DNA of 64,000 bases, taken from Utricularia gibba (lineage: Eukaryota > Plantae > Magnoliophyta). Below, in pieces: positions 25,065 to 37,232 of this stretch. A program made the translations under genes and the position numbers. Location of the stretch: NCBI GenBank assembly GCA_002189035.1, contig NEEC01000013.1, positions 124,001 to 188,000 of the forward strand, given 5' to 3'. Below the pieces are notes generated by a model. It had not been told where the DNA came from, did no database searches, and worked only from the letters and a program-made list of their open reading frames with translations. The number at the start of each line of letters is the position of its first letter. Position 1 is the first letter of the stretch.

Positions 25065-25260
25065 ATTCAAACTGAAACTGGGGCTGTCTCTCGCACTCAG
25101 TGTCTTCCTCCCTCTCTGGCTCAGCTTTTGAAATTCAATTTACTGAATTTTTGGACGGCCAGATGAGAATCTACAGACTATCCAACGGGTGTGGTGTGTT
25201 GCATGGAATGAACGATTTGCATTCATGGAAGGGTCGTAGGTACTCTCCATACCGTTGATC
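25065..25260. promoter_or_regulatory. Candidate CHR-like (TTTGAA) and MSA-like (AACGG) elements upstream of TCX
   Basis: TTTGAAT on the minus strand at 25071-65 and TTTGAAATT at 25127-35. TCCAACGGGT at 25181-90 and GATCAACGGT on the minus strand at 25260-51. Confidence 0.45.
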
Positions 25261-27249
25261 TCACGAAACCAAATCCACTTCCCTTTTGTTTGTTATTATT
25301 TATTTTTTATAATCCCACGGAATTTGATCCCGACACGACGTGCCGTGCTGTCCTGTGCTGTGCTGTAGGCTATTCTACAATGCCGCGGGTGCAATACACC
25401 GAGGGACGGCATGATCCGAGGGTCACGACAAACGCTTTCCCTCAACTGTTGTTTAGCGCAATTAAAATAGTTTCAATTTGGGGTTTAATCATAATTTTTT
25501 GTATAAGTAAGTAAGCGGACACCGTGCTTCCATTTTCATAATATTTTATTTTAAATTATTATATTATTAGTAAATTATGTAAACAACCTTATATGGAAAA
25601 TGTATGTATAATAAAAAAGAATCCGTTAGACTCACTTTCATAAATTAAATAATTTTCTTTCATTGAGCAAAGTGTACACATGACTTCTGAATATTAAAAA
25701 TTATTTTCTACAATAGGGAATCAATGATTGCATATACTTTGAGACTACATTTGAAAAATATATGTTTGAAATGATTTTTTAAGAACAATATTATAAAATT
25801 AATTAATATTTGAAATCTAAAAAAATTAAAAATTTGATAAATAAATTATATGCTTACTCATATTCATTAACAATTGTATTTTATAAATTCATAAATTAAA
25901 AAAATATTTTATAAATAATTATACTATAAAATTATATTTTGTGTTATTATATTAATTTAAACATAGTTATAATAAAATTATACTTTAAAATTAAAGTATT
26001 ATAATTTAAAATGATATTAATTATAATTTAAAATGATATTAATTATAATTATATAAGAAGCAAATAAGTATAATAATTATACATTTCAATCTTATAATCA
26101 TTTTAAAAAATCATTTCTCACACAAAATCTAAATTCTATATTTTTGATAAATTAAGTTATTATGAAAAGTTAATTCTTATATAATAAAATTTGATCTACA
26201 TTTGAAAATTAATCTTATAAGAATAGAATTGATTTCCACACTTTGCTTAAAAAAATAAAGAGAAAGAGGACCAACCATATTTTTATTTGCCACCATATCG
26301 CTTATTACAAGGCCTAGTATGTATGTCACATGAAAATTTTCGTTTTTTCTTTTCTTCATCAACTTTCATTTCTATTAGGAATAACTAATTGATGCTTGCT
26401 TTAGTAGATAAAATTAAACATGTGGTATAATGAAACATTTTGCATTGCTTGCCATCAAACAAAACAAAAAAAATTCTCTTTCCAATGGTTTAACAAATTA
26501 TTGTTAAAATGAGGGATCAAATATACATCATACAAATGATATATATAATCACCAAGTCCGAAGGAAATAATCCCCTTAACTCAAACTCGAAAATATAGAA
26601 TTCAAAAATCATATTCAAACTTGCTATGTGATAAGCCAATTTACCTGACATTAAATCAGAGTTAGTGGTCAAAGCAATCAAGAGAAATGGTAAAAAGAAG
26701 TAGTAACATGTAAAAACGTGAAAAGCCTAATAATACTCTACATATTAGGAAAGCAAATCCATGAATTGAAGAGGGTATGAAGTAGGTTATGAGAACTTTT
26801 CTTTTAGGAACTACTAACATCTCTTTAACCAAAAGTTGACCTTTTCAAATTATGTTCTTTTTGTCTTATATCTCTATCTAAGACTTTCATCTTTGTTATT
26901 TTTAACTAAAATACTTTTATTATATTTACTTAGTGTGATGGTGCATAGTCCCTTTTGTTGACTTTAGGAAATGTGAAGGAACGTGTAATCATACTCGGTC
27001 ATATGCTCATGATCATGACTAGCCAATAGCATTATCATAATTATTATTTCTTGAGTGATGATGCTGTCAGATCCTTCCTCATTGGGTGTGTAGAGGCTAT
27101 TGACAATATCTTATATTAGTTACGAATAGGGTAGAGAATATATTTAATTAGAAGAATTCTCTTAATATTGTATGAGGTTTTTTCCTTAAAAAAGAAATAA
27201 AACAATAAGAATTGAGTGTCCAAAGTAGTATGGTATAAGCGAAGCATTG

Positions 27250-29099
27250 ATTATGATATTTGGTATCAAAATTACACTCGAGCATATGCTAATGTTGGAA
27301 CAAAGTACTCAATGACACATTAAATTGTCAAGTAGAGTGATCCAAATAATCTTGTATTAGTTGTCTTCCCTCAACAGAAGAATCATGGCATTGATGTAGA
27401 AAACCATAAAATAATTTGTGTACAATTCAAAAATTTTGTTTACCATTAGCTAGTATGTAGCCCATACATTCTTTATTCCAAATGGCATATGCATGTAGCA
27501 ATGAACATTATCACTCAAGTAGAAAGAAAGTTTTCTTTGGTTGTTGGGCTTGATCATATTCAGTGATACTCTTAGCTTGCATCTATTGTACTTAATATAA
27601 TGTTGCATTTCATATTGTACACCAAGGTATTAATGTCACACAAATGATGAGTGTAAGATATCAAAGCACTTAAGATTTTTTGAAAAGTAGTAAATGAGCA
27701 AATAATATGGATATTCAAAAAAATAAAAAAAATTGAGGATGTTCACACACTAAGAAAAGATTTTACTATGATTTAGAAAGTTTTTCAAAAATATCACTAA
27801 AACTCCCGAGACATTGTATCAAAAACTAGAAGACACAATTCGTGCAATTATAAGTCAATCCATAATTTTTCCTTCATCCTTCCTTATATACTTGCAAAAT
27901 AGTAATACGATTTCTTCTCTTTTCCTATCTACTCTGATCATATTTTCTAAATAAATTGATATGAACCTCATTACCATTCTCATACAAATGTAATGAAATG
28001 TCAACCCAACATTGTCTCATTCTTTTTTAGCATCCATTGAAGTGAGCACCAATTGTTCAGCTCATTTTTTACATCTAGGAGGCATATTGGGCTTTTTATC
28101 ATCAAATTCTCTCATTGGACAGGTTGTCAATGAAACCTCTTTTTTAAGTATTTAGTTAATATTTTGTCTCTGTAATAGTTATGATAGTATTCTATTCTTT
28201 TATTGGGTTTAGCCTTTTATACATATATGCTACGTAAAATTGAGACTTTGAAAGTCTTTAAAGTCTTTGAGTTACTTTCCCCATCTTCATTTATTTATAC
28301 ATAAGGAGACATGTTTAAATTAGATAAAATATACTATTTCCATTGAAATCACACTCTTGATTAAGTACAAATAAAGTTCAATCATGCACAAAGATTGTTG
28401 ATAGATAGTTCACAATTTTATCATCAAATATCTAAATTTTATAACTTAAAAACACTAATAAAATGTTTGTTATCATCATGATTTTTTCATATAAGGATAC
28501 AACATGTGATATTTAAATTGATTTTTTTGTTATATAAAATCTCTTTTTTAGGATTAGCGGGATACTCATAAGGTGGTTCAATTGCTTTGGTTTGCTTTTT
28601 GAGTAGTATCATTTTGATGATTATTTTCCTACATTTTTTTTCTCTCAAAGGTTCTTTATCTTTTAGTTGCAGCAAGCATCAAGCTCTTCAGTAGTATAAA
28701 GGGATGTTGATTATCATTCTTTCCACTTACCTTCAACTTGTAACAATGACCAATTTTAAGGCTATATTCCATCACATTATTATGAAATATCTCATTTAAT
28801 GCAAATCTACAATGTTAATAAAATAGAAATTCTAGTAAATGAATGTGTTCTTAGATATCTATGGAATATTCATCTTTGTCATTTAGAGTATTGGTGATAA
28901 AAGAAAGAGGTACATTGTTTATCTTCAACATTAACTCGAATATTTGTTGACTCAATATTGATCATATTTTCTTCCTCTTTCTCATTTGTATCATCATCTT
29001 CACTAAGTGGCACATTCCCTTGTACATTGAAGGTTATGTCATATTGTTGTATATCATCAACCAATATGTCATTATAACTCAATGTATCATGAATACCAT
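27250..29099 (-). mobile_element. Possible highly decayed Mutator-like transposase remnant
   Basis: Acidic N-terminal-like stretch (28880-29099) and faint MuDR-like motifs (FYTTEELD at ~28700; IFVHD*TLF, resembling xDGTHL). Weak and by eye only. Confidence 0.25.
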
Positions 29100-29350
29100 T
29101 GTCACATGTCGTTTCCTCAACAAATTTTAAATATGAAAAATATAAAACATAAATAAGCGTAGTACGAGTGTCGATCTCAGGAAGTTGAGTTTTGTGAAAA
29201 GTGTTTTGTGATAAACTTTTACAAATTGTCATGGGTTTTTGAAGAGAGGTTTTTGAAATACAGAATTAAAAGATACAATATAAGTAATGGATCTTGATTA
29301 AGGAAATGAGTTCATGGGAAAGAGATTCCATTTCCTCTTGTCTATCCTCA
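29100..29350 (-). mobile_element. Family B LTR 3'-end fragment
   Basis: Closely matches 47259-47470 and the reverse complement of 2520-2764. Confidence 0.75.
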
Positions 29351-29588
29351 CCTCGGTGTAGTGGTGCGATTGGTTCCGAACCGTACGGTTTTGGTTCAGA
29401 ACAGTATCCAGCCAACCATCAGTTCTAAAATCGTAGTTTGCCATGGACAACGTGTCTAGTTTCGGTTCAGAACTAGATTCTAAAACCTTGAACCGAACTG
29501 AAATCAGAACCATACGGATAGTTTCAGTCCAAAATCGAAACCGATTATTGTTTCAATGCATTTTCCAAGCATCCATATGAACCATTGT

Positions 29589-30151
29589 GGATGTTTGGCA
29601 GTGAAGTTTTTAACAATTTTTAATTTTGTATGTTTTGATATTAGCAAATGATATATTTAACAATATTAATTTTCGTATTTCACTAGATATATTATCTGAT
29701 ATACTATATTAATTTATAAAATACATTAGTTTAGATTCCTTTATAAAATACTCCAATAAAGTATATTTGAAATCAATATAATTTTTGATTTAAATGAATG
29801 AAATAAATGATTAAAATGATAAAATTATTAGCATTTGAATATACATATGATAAAATTAAATTTTTGAAATAAATACAACAAGATAATAAATACAACAAAA
29901 TTACAAGTCATATAGAACAAATAAACTTGTTTTTATATATTTATTTCATATTTAACTAGACAGTTTTTATATAATCTCTTGTAAATATTGTATATTTCCC
30001 AAATTAAAATCAAAACATCATTTATTTTATAAAGTTTTTCTAAACTTTATTTATTTTGAAAACCAAAAGTAAAAAGTATTAAATAAATTAGATTTACGAA
30101 ATTAACATCACACATTTAACCTCTAGTTTGCGGAACTTTTTCCAAACACCC
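29589..30151. mobile_element. Tourist/PIF-like MITE remnant
   Basis: Ends GGATGTTTGG and CCAAACACCC followed by TTA, with an AT-rich interior. Left TSD not intact. Confidence 0.35.
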
Positions 30152-30479
30152 TTAACAATCGTTAAAGGTGTCGAGAGAAGATCCCAAGTACTCTCATGAA
30201 TGGACATGAGTATTTGGAAATTCGATAACCACAACCCTAGAGGACATGTTGCTCAGGCACACTTGACATAGCTTATGCATGTCCATAAGTGATCAGAGGC
30301 ATCCTTAGAAATCATTATGAGTGCCTTGGAATTGATCTTAAGGATCACTATTCACTAGAGTATATTTCACACGATGAATTGGGAATTTAATGATTTAATT
30401 CTAACAGCAACATAATTGTCTTTTAGAAAAAAAAACTTAACAACTGAAGTATTACAACTAAAACATAATTGTTCACAAG

Positions 30480-31710
30480 AACTAATATTAGAGGCTGCCT
30501 CTAATTATCCCGTAGGCATACATAATACTCTCATAAGACATGTCCCTCACGTATGGGGGTTATCCAATTCGGTAGTCATTAACATAGCTGGAACATCATG
30601 AGCAAACCATTACCCTTCAAGGAAAGTCCACATCTCACCATCAATACTTAGTGATACATCATCCCTATTGATATGCGAATAGGGGCTTGGAAAAAAACAT
30701 TATTTTTCTAAAAAATATAGGTTTAGTTTTGATATATAACCAAGTGCATACTAAAGGAGAATAGCAAAAATGACTTACTAGATTTTGCATTAATTTGTAA
30801 GGTGAATCATTAATCAATAAGGTATTATAATGGTCATATCTTGTGTTCAATCCATTGTTGATAGTCCATACACGACTCAACAACTTACTGATGGTCATAT
30901 CTTGTGTTCAATCCATTGTGTTCAATCACCTATGTCCGTAGTCATTAATTAGTCCCATATGAAAATGAATTTATCGAATAATGAAGCTAGAAAGAACCAT
31001 TTAGTGATTGCTTGCAGCTACTCACTACAAAAGAAGTCACTTGCAAGGTATTTGCACAATTCTAAATTCCAAAAAAAAAAAAAGAACAGCACACGTAACC
31101 ACCATGGGATGACCATAAGGCTACACCAAAATTATCCAAACACCACCTAATAAAGTCACAGGCATATGGACGTAAAAAGGCTTCATAAATTACTTAAAAA
31201 CTATTTAGGATATCTCGCAAAGTGTTGATGCTTATAACACACAAAAATAAGTATTGTGTTAACGTATCTGATCGGCCATATATCATTTTGGTTGGAGGAA
31301 TTCGTGACCTTGATGGTCCAGCCTGTATACGATGTCTGTGAGTACACCATTTACATCTAAGATAATCAACTTTCGTTGAGGCTCATAAGCACTTAAAGAA
31401 TGTGTCGTATATGCCTAATGCCTCTCATACCAATGTAACTTGTATCGAAACTCTTCATTCTCCTTTGTTATGAATGCAAGTCTATCATCCACATCATTGA
31501 GATCATGTTTGTACTTGTCCTCTTCAACATCATTATCATCTTCTGTCCTTTCATCCTAGATACGTCTTCATTCTTCTTGGGTATTCTAGGATTCTTCAAC
31601 ACACCATACCAATAGTGTTTTGTCCTCAATGCATCCACAAATGGTGGTAAAATGTCACTAAAATTTCTTTGAATACTTGAGAAGAGGAGTATAAAATTTT
31701 GTACATCCAT
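30480..31710 (-). pseudogene. Decayed FCP1-homology / NIF-like HAD-superfamily phosphatase gene
   Basis: Ordered motifs on the minus strand: RKLIILDVNGVLTDIV (31375-31328), FLRPYACDFIRWCLDNFGVALWSS (~31183-31105), KFIFIWD* (~30960), NTLLINDSPYK (~30830-30795), then after a GT-AG intron FFPSPYS..DVSLSIDGEMWTFLEG* (~30714-30615). Stops and frameshifts are present. Confidence 0.75.
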
Positions 31711-31735
31711 TTTGTGCAAGGTATCAAATTCTATA

Positions 31736-31875
31736 ATAAGAATATATTCATTAAGAATATATTCAATAAGAATAGATTCAAAAAAAATATTTAATAAGAA
31801 TCGACTCAATAAGAATACATACTCAATAAGAATAAATTCAATAAAAATGTTTCATAAGAATATTCAATAAAAATA
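31736..31875. repeat. Degenerate ~15-bp minisatellite (AATAAGAATATATTC), about 9 units
   Basis: Repeated AATAAGAAT core directly upstream of the FCP1-like pseudogene. Confidence 0.8.
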
Positions 31876-32752
31876 TGGAATATTTTATTTACATTTCTTC
31901 TATCTATACAATGAAAGATTTACCTTTTGTCTTGCCTACTTCGCTAGAATTAGGATGCGTTTAAGAAAACTTGGGTTCCATTGCAGTATGCATCCAAACA
32001 AAACTTGTCAGTATTCTTCAAATCCTCTTCTTACATTTTTCACCAGCACCAAGCCTTTTTCCTCTTTTGGGTATAGTGGTTCATGTCGTAAGTTCTAGAA
32101 CATACACTCACAGCAAAAAAAATAACAAAGCTCCAATTCAAGAGGCAGCTCCTCACAAATACTCACAAAAGCCAACACATATGAAATAGATCTTAGAGTC
32201 AAATGAGACAAAGAAATCTCAAACATTTTTATATTTTTTTCTAAAAATAGCAATAATGATAAGCTCAAACCACAACTAAAATGCTCCATGATTAAAGTAA
32301 ATCTTATTGGACCCATATGGGTTGAAAGTTCACTCTCAATTTTTCAGAAGTTTGCATCTACAAACACCAATAAGTATTATATAAAAAATCAGACGACAAT
32401 AATTCCACAACGTATTTCAATTGAAACATAGATCACCAACCCACGGTGAAAAAAAAACCACTTATGTTATTTAAATAATATTAAAAGTAGATAGTGGGAC
32501 TATGGGTATCCGGTTGCTTTCGGTTTGGAGGAACCAGTAAAAAAATTTTCTTACCATATGGATGGCAATTAGGATTGTCTTAATGTGAGCGACCAGCAAC
32601 GGAAACACAAAATTCCTAAATCGAGGCACCAAAACCCGAAATTTGTGAATAAAAAATTTCAAAAGTATTCTTAATATTCAAAAAATAATTATTAAATCGT
32701 GCGTTAAGTGGATTACAAAAAATGAATAATAAAATAATTCAACATACCCCAA

Positions 32753-34034
32753 TGATAGCACATAGATTTTCCCACTTTTAGGATAAGAAAATTACATGTT
32801 TTTAATTATGTTTAATTATTTATTTTATAGTTTTAAGTATTTTTATGTATAATTTAGGAAAATGTGATTTTTGGTGTGTTAGTAGGCTAAATTCTTTAAT
32901 TTAGTCCACCCATGTTCTAACCTAAGTTTGAGTCTAGCAGCAACCCGAAAATCATGGAAGGAATAAGGATTGCGTGCAAGTCACCATGCAATAGGGAGAA
33001 ATGAGTATACTATCGCGGCGACAGAGGTGTCAGAGACTATACCTGCTTTTGGAAATGCAAGGAGAGAGAATCGCAAAAGGGAGAGAGACCAGCAATTTTG
33101 CAACACACACAAGGAGGTCTCTCCTACAACTAGAACACGATGAACGCTGAACCAGAAGAAAAAAAAAGGCGATTTTTTTTGGAGAAGAACCTCCAGCATG
33201 AAGAATAAAGACACAGACCCAGTCCAACACTAATGTTCAATTAGAATTCTTACAGCTTTAGTTTCATTTATTGGTGTTTTCAGTTTCTACAACCAACTCT
33301 TTCACGATGTTCTTGACATTTTTGTTACTTTATGTTAATGTTATCATGTTTTACCTTCAAAGTATGAGTAGTTGGAACCCTAAGGATGCCTTAAAGTAAA
33401 GTATGATGGTGTGGATCTAAGATTCTTAATAAAATTCATCATTGTTTCTTAGCTCTTATTTCTATCAATTCTGGGGTAAATCTAGGAGAGGAACAAGTAG
33501 CTTCAACACTCAGATGCTTGATTTAGAGGTAGACTAACAAATCAAGACGAGAACAGTAGGTGTTAGTCCAGGGTAGAACTAGTAGAATCGGGTAAACCTA
33601 GTTCTATACACTTTGCATGCGGGAAGACCTAATTGCAATGTTTGTAAGGATATTGTGGACTTATTCGAAGTTGTGAGTGTAGGAATATGGTAAATTAAAT
33701 TACGCATTTTAGCACCACATCACCTACAGATTCTTAAGGCATCTACTTATTATTCTGAGTTAGAACCAGTACTTGTTACCTTTCGCATTGAAACCTGATT
33801 TCGTTTATTGAACTTACTTGCCACTGCTAGTCTGAGCTTAAACTAAGATCTATTGTTATTCGGAATTATGCATTTACTAAAACACTTAGCAAGCATAAGC
33901 TCCTTGTAATCGACCCCGACATCCACTATACAAGTTTTCTAAATTTGTATTTTTTGTAAATTAGGGCTTATAAATTTATTTGATACTAAAATTTTGTTTT
34001 ATTGCAACGACGTTGCTAAAATTTTTATTTATCA
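32753..34034 (+). mobile_element. Solo LTR, family A copy 1 (1282 bp)
   Basis: TGATAG...TTTATCA termini with TSD CCCAA/CCTAA (4/5). The 3' half is homologous to 48129-49656 and 51671-53070. Confidence 0.85.
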
Positions 34035-34106
34035 CCTAAATACTAAAAAATAATAAAATCGCATTAAGTAGACTATAATATAAAAGTGCAGTAAATAAGA
34101 AGTATT

Positions 34107-34410
34107 TGTCTTTTGTTGGGACTATTTTCCGAACACCCACATTGGTTCGTGTGGGTGTTTGGGATGAGAATCTGACACCCTTTTACAAGCACCCACAATG
34201 CCTTGTGTGGGTGTCTAGGAAGAGAGTCTGACACCCTTTTTCCTGGCACCCATTTCTCTCGTGTGCATGTCTGGGAAGGGGTGTTTGAGACAACTTTCAA
34301 GACACCCACTTCTCTCGTGTGGATGCTTGGGAAAGGTGTATAAGATCATATTCTAGGCACCCACTTTTGCTCATGTGGGTGTCTAGCAAGGATGTGTCCA
34401 AACACTGACA
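34107..34410. repeat. Palindromic array of five ~56-bp units, each with an internal hairpin (foldback element)
   Basis: CACCCA(C/T) starts at 34134, 34190, 34247, 34303 and 34358, each followed by a GTGGGTG-like arm. Inter-hairpin segments read TCTGACACCCTT in the first half and reverse-complement-like AAGG..GTGT in the second half. Confidence 0.85.
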
Positions 34411-34557
34411 TGGAAATCAAGGATTGTTTGAATCATACAATCTTAATTAAAAGCACGAATAAAATATTTACTTACAAAGTAATAGTATTTCATGGAGTAC
34501 ACAATGTTTCCGAATTAGAAGTCTTCAATTTGATCTTCACTCGAACTTGAGGACAGC

Positions 34558-35345
34558 GTTTGATTTCCACAACAAATTTTAATATTTTTAAAATTCGTAA
34601 AATACAAAAACGTAGTACGGGTGTCGAATGCATGGAGTTGTTTTTCAATGAAAGGTGAAGCTACATCGAATATAACTGTCACGATTTGTAAACAGTTTTG
34701 TAAAGTAAAAAGTGTGAGAAATGTAAACAATGAATCTTGAATAAGGGGATAAGAGGGTTGCAAACAAACAATGGAAATAAACGTAAGCGATGAACCTTAA
34801 ATAAAGTGAATGTTCCTGCCTTTGGAATCCTGCCCAGCTACATTTGTCGCGTCTTCACTCTTCTCTCATCTTCTCTCGAGTACTCGGTTGTAAGATTAAG
34901 GAATTATCTACCCTCCCTTACACTCTCTTGCAAAAAGGCACGGGAATAGCCCGATGTTGCTCCTCTTTGGATGAACGTGAAGATAAGAGGTCCTACTAAC
35001 GTAACCTCATAGTTGAATTGCGCACCCTAAATCCTAAAATCAAATGGGAGAGCCGTGTTATGGGTGACTTTCTTGCCCGGTTCTGAGAGCGCTTGTGTAT
35101 GTAATGCAAGTGAATGTGTATGAAAAAGCTGTCGTAAAGTTTAGGGTTTAGGTCGAGCCGACTAGTTCTATTCGTGAATGGGATGGCTATGGAGTAGATC
35201 TTTCCATCCGTTGGGAGTCGGGTCTCCTCGTTGATTAGTTATTTGACCACAGTATCAAGGCAAAACCATAGTGCCTCGATGGAGAAGAGGTTCGAAGACC
35301 TCTCCCTATCGCCTATAGATGGGCCTAAAGTTTTAAGATCTCAAC
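34558..35345 (-). mobile_element. Family B LTR segment
   Basis: Reverse complement shares GTGCGCAATTC, GCTATTCCCGTGCC, AGAGTGTAAGGGAG and the GTACTACG 3' region with 2335-2757. Confidence 0.7.
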
Positions 35346-36259
35346 TGTCAGGGAAAATGCGGTAGGTTTTCATGGTGCCTGGCTGTTGCCAATGACCTAA
35401 TAAGTCCAATTACAAGATCACTATCTGTCCATTAATCCTGGGGTACAGCCACAGACAAAACATTATCTCTCTCTTGTCAAAAGGGCATGAGTTGGTGCTC
35501 TCCACCTTACTCTTCAAAACTGGCAGGTAGTGATCAGCTGATCATGAAGCTTGAATAAGATAATTGTTACAGAAAGACTGTAACATAGTCACACATAGAA
35601 ACACGGAACCCGTTTAGATTCAAAGAAGAGATGAAGAAATACTAATGAAACATAGATCTAGGACTATCCCACCCTAGAAACATAAGTTTCTAGCCGTGAA
35701 TAGACATACAATCTAAAGAAATGAAAAAAAGGTTCTAGAAAGAAGTTAGAGGAAAATCATCTAGAGAGAGAAACAAAATATAAACTAAAACTGGAATTGA
35801 ATGTCATAATTCAACTAAACTTCTATGAGAGTCTGAGTTTTAGTGTCTCCTTAGTCCTGTTGTGACTTGAAGTGACTTGCAAGCAACCTTCTGTTTTGAC
35901 ACTGGTACGCAAATGATTTCGCCTATTAGAAACTCTTGTGTTCCACACGTCAAGGCTCATGATTTTTTGGAAATCAAGGGATATTAGTTTGGGAAGATGC
36001 ATTTTGTCGCCATCTATCGTCTTCTTTCTCCTCACTTCCTACCACGTGTGCGACTCTAAAAAAACTTGAAGAAATCTAGACAAAACATTAGATAAAATAC
36101 AAGGTTTAGGAAAAAATTACCCTAAACTAGATAAAAAAACTAAATTTTATATTATAAAATCCTAAATAAACATTTCTAATCACATTTAGACATAAAAACA
36201 ACCTAAAAAATAGTGAGAAAATGAAACTTAACAACATGGCACATAGAACATTATTAACA
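35346..36259 (-). mobile_element. Solo LTR (914 bp) with perfect TSD
   Basis: TG...CA termini with TCAAC at 35341-45 and 36260-64. Confidence 0.85.
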
Positions 36260-36476
36260 TCAACATCTATTTCTTCATAATTTTTAATGGAAAGAGTAAC
36301 ACAATTTGATATCTCCTTCGAACCAAATAGGATTGGAGATGGTACTTGTCATAGTTGAAAATCAGTTTGTTGATGATTGCCGATTTCCGGGTGATCAAAC
36401 TGGTTTTGCTCATATCCGATTTGTAAATTTCGGGTTCGAGGTTTGCGATATGGGTGAAAGAGATAAGAGAAGACAA

Positions 36477-36992
36477 TGATTTTTTTACGTGAAAACCATC
36501 GAAACAAAAAAACCATTAAGTTGGAGGAGCTCACAAGGTTTTGTTCATATTCCTTCTCCCCTTACAAGTGATATGTTCAAAGTCCAATCTATTTTACTTC
36601 AAATATTCTCCTATTTATAGGAGAGGTTGCCTCGACCAAATAGTGCAAGTGTCAACTACTTTCTATGTCTAGTGGCTGTACAGGTGGTTTTGCTGACATG
36701 TAGCCATCGGATACTCTGAGGCTCCTATAATTCGACTATTTTCAGGTTATGTTGGAACGGTCATTGCCATCCTTCTTTGATCCCTGTTGACCTCTCTGTA
36801 TGTTGCAAATTGTCAAAACCCATTTTCCTCTTCTCGATCGATTTCATATAAAACTAATTTGGTGCTCTATTTTTCTTCCAAATTGTATATGAGTCTCCTT
36901 TCAACATTTTCATGTGGCACTTGCTAATTTTTCTACTCCATCAATTTCCATGTGTCACATACTGATTTAGTGCTCCATCATTCAGCCCCTTT
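36477..36992 (-). mobile_element. 3' LTR plus PPT of a Gypsy (Tat-like) element
   Basis: On the minus strand, AAAGGGGCTGAA (36992-36981) abuts TGATGG (36980). Internal CCTATAAATAGG (~36615) and a ...CGTAAAAAAATCA end (36477). Lineage is inferred. Confidence 0.55.
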
Positions 36993-37232
36993 GATTTGAT
37001 GATATTGAAACTTGTGATAAATCGGTGAATCAAAATCGACAATGTTCTGAATCATACCATTCTGATTTTTAGCTTACCGATTTTCTCTGATACCTTTTCG
37101 GATACCCCATCTTCTCTCTCCATCACGTGTTACCCACAAATGCTGCCACATTTTCCCACCCAATTTTCAGCAGTCCAATCGTCGCACGTTTCAACTTCCG
37201 AAAAGCTCCTCAATGAATAAGCATTCCCGTAA

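Noticed and set aside
34107-34410. CRISPR-like appearance of regularly spaced palindromic repeats
   Set aside because: Eukaryotic context, no cas genes, and the spacers are homologous to each other rather than unique.
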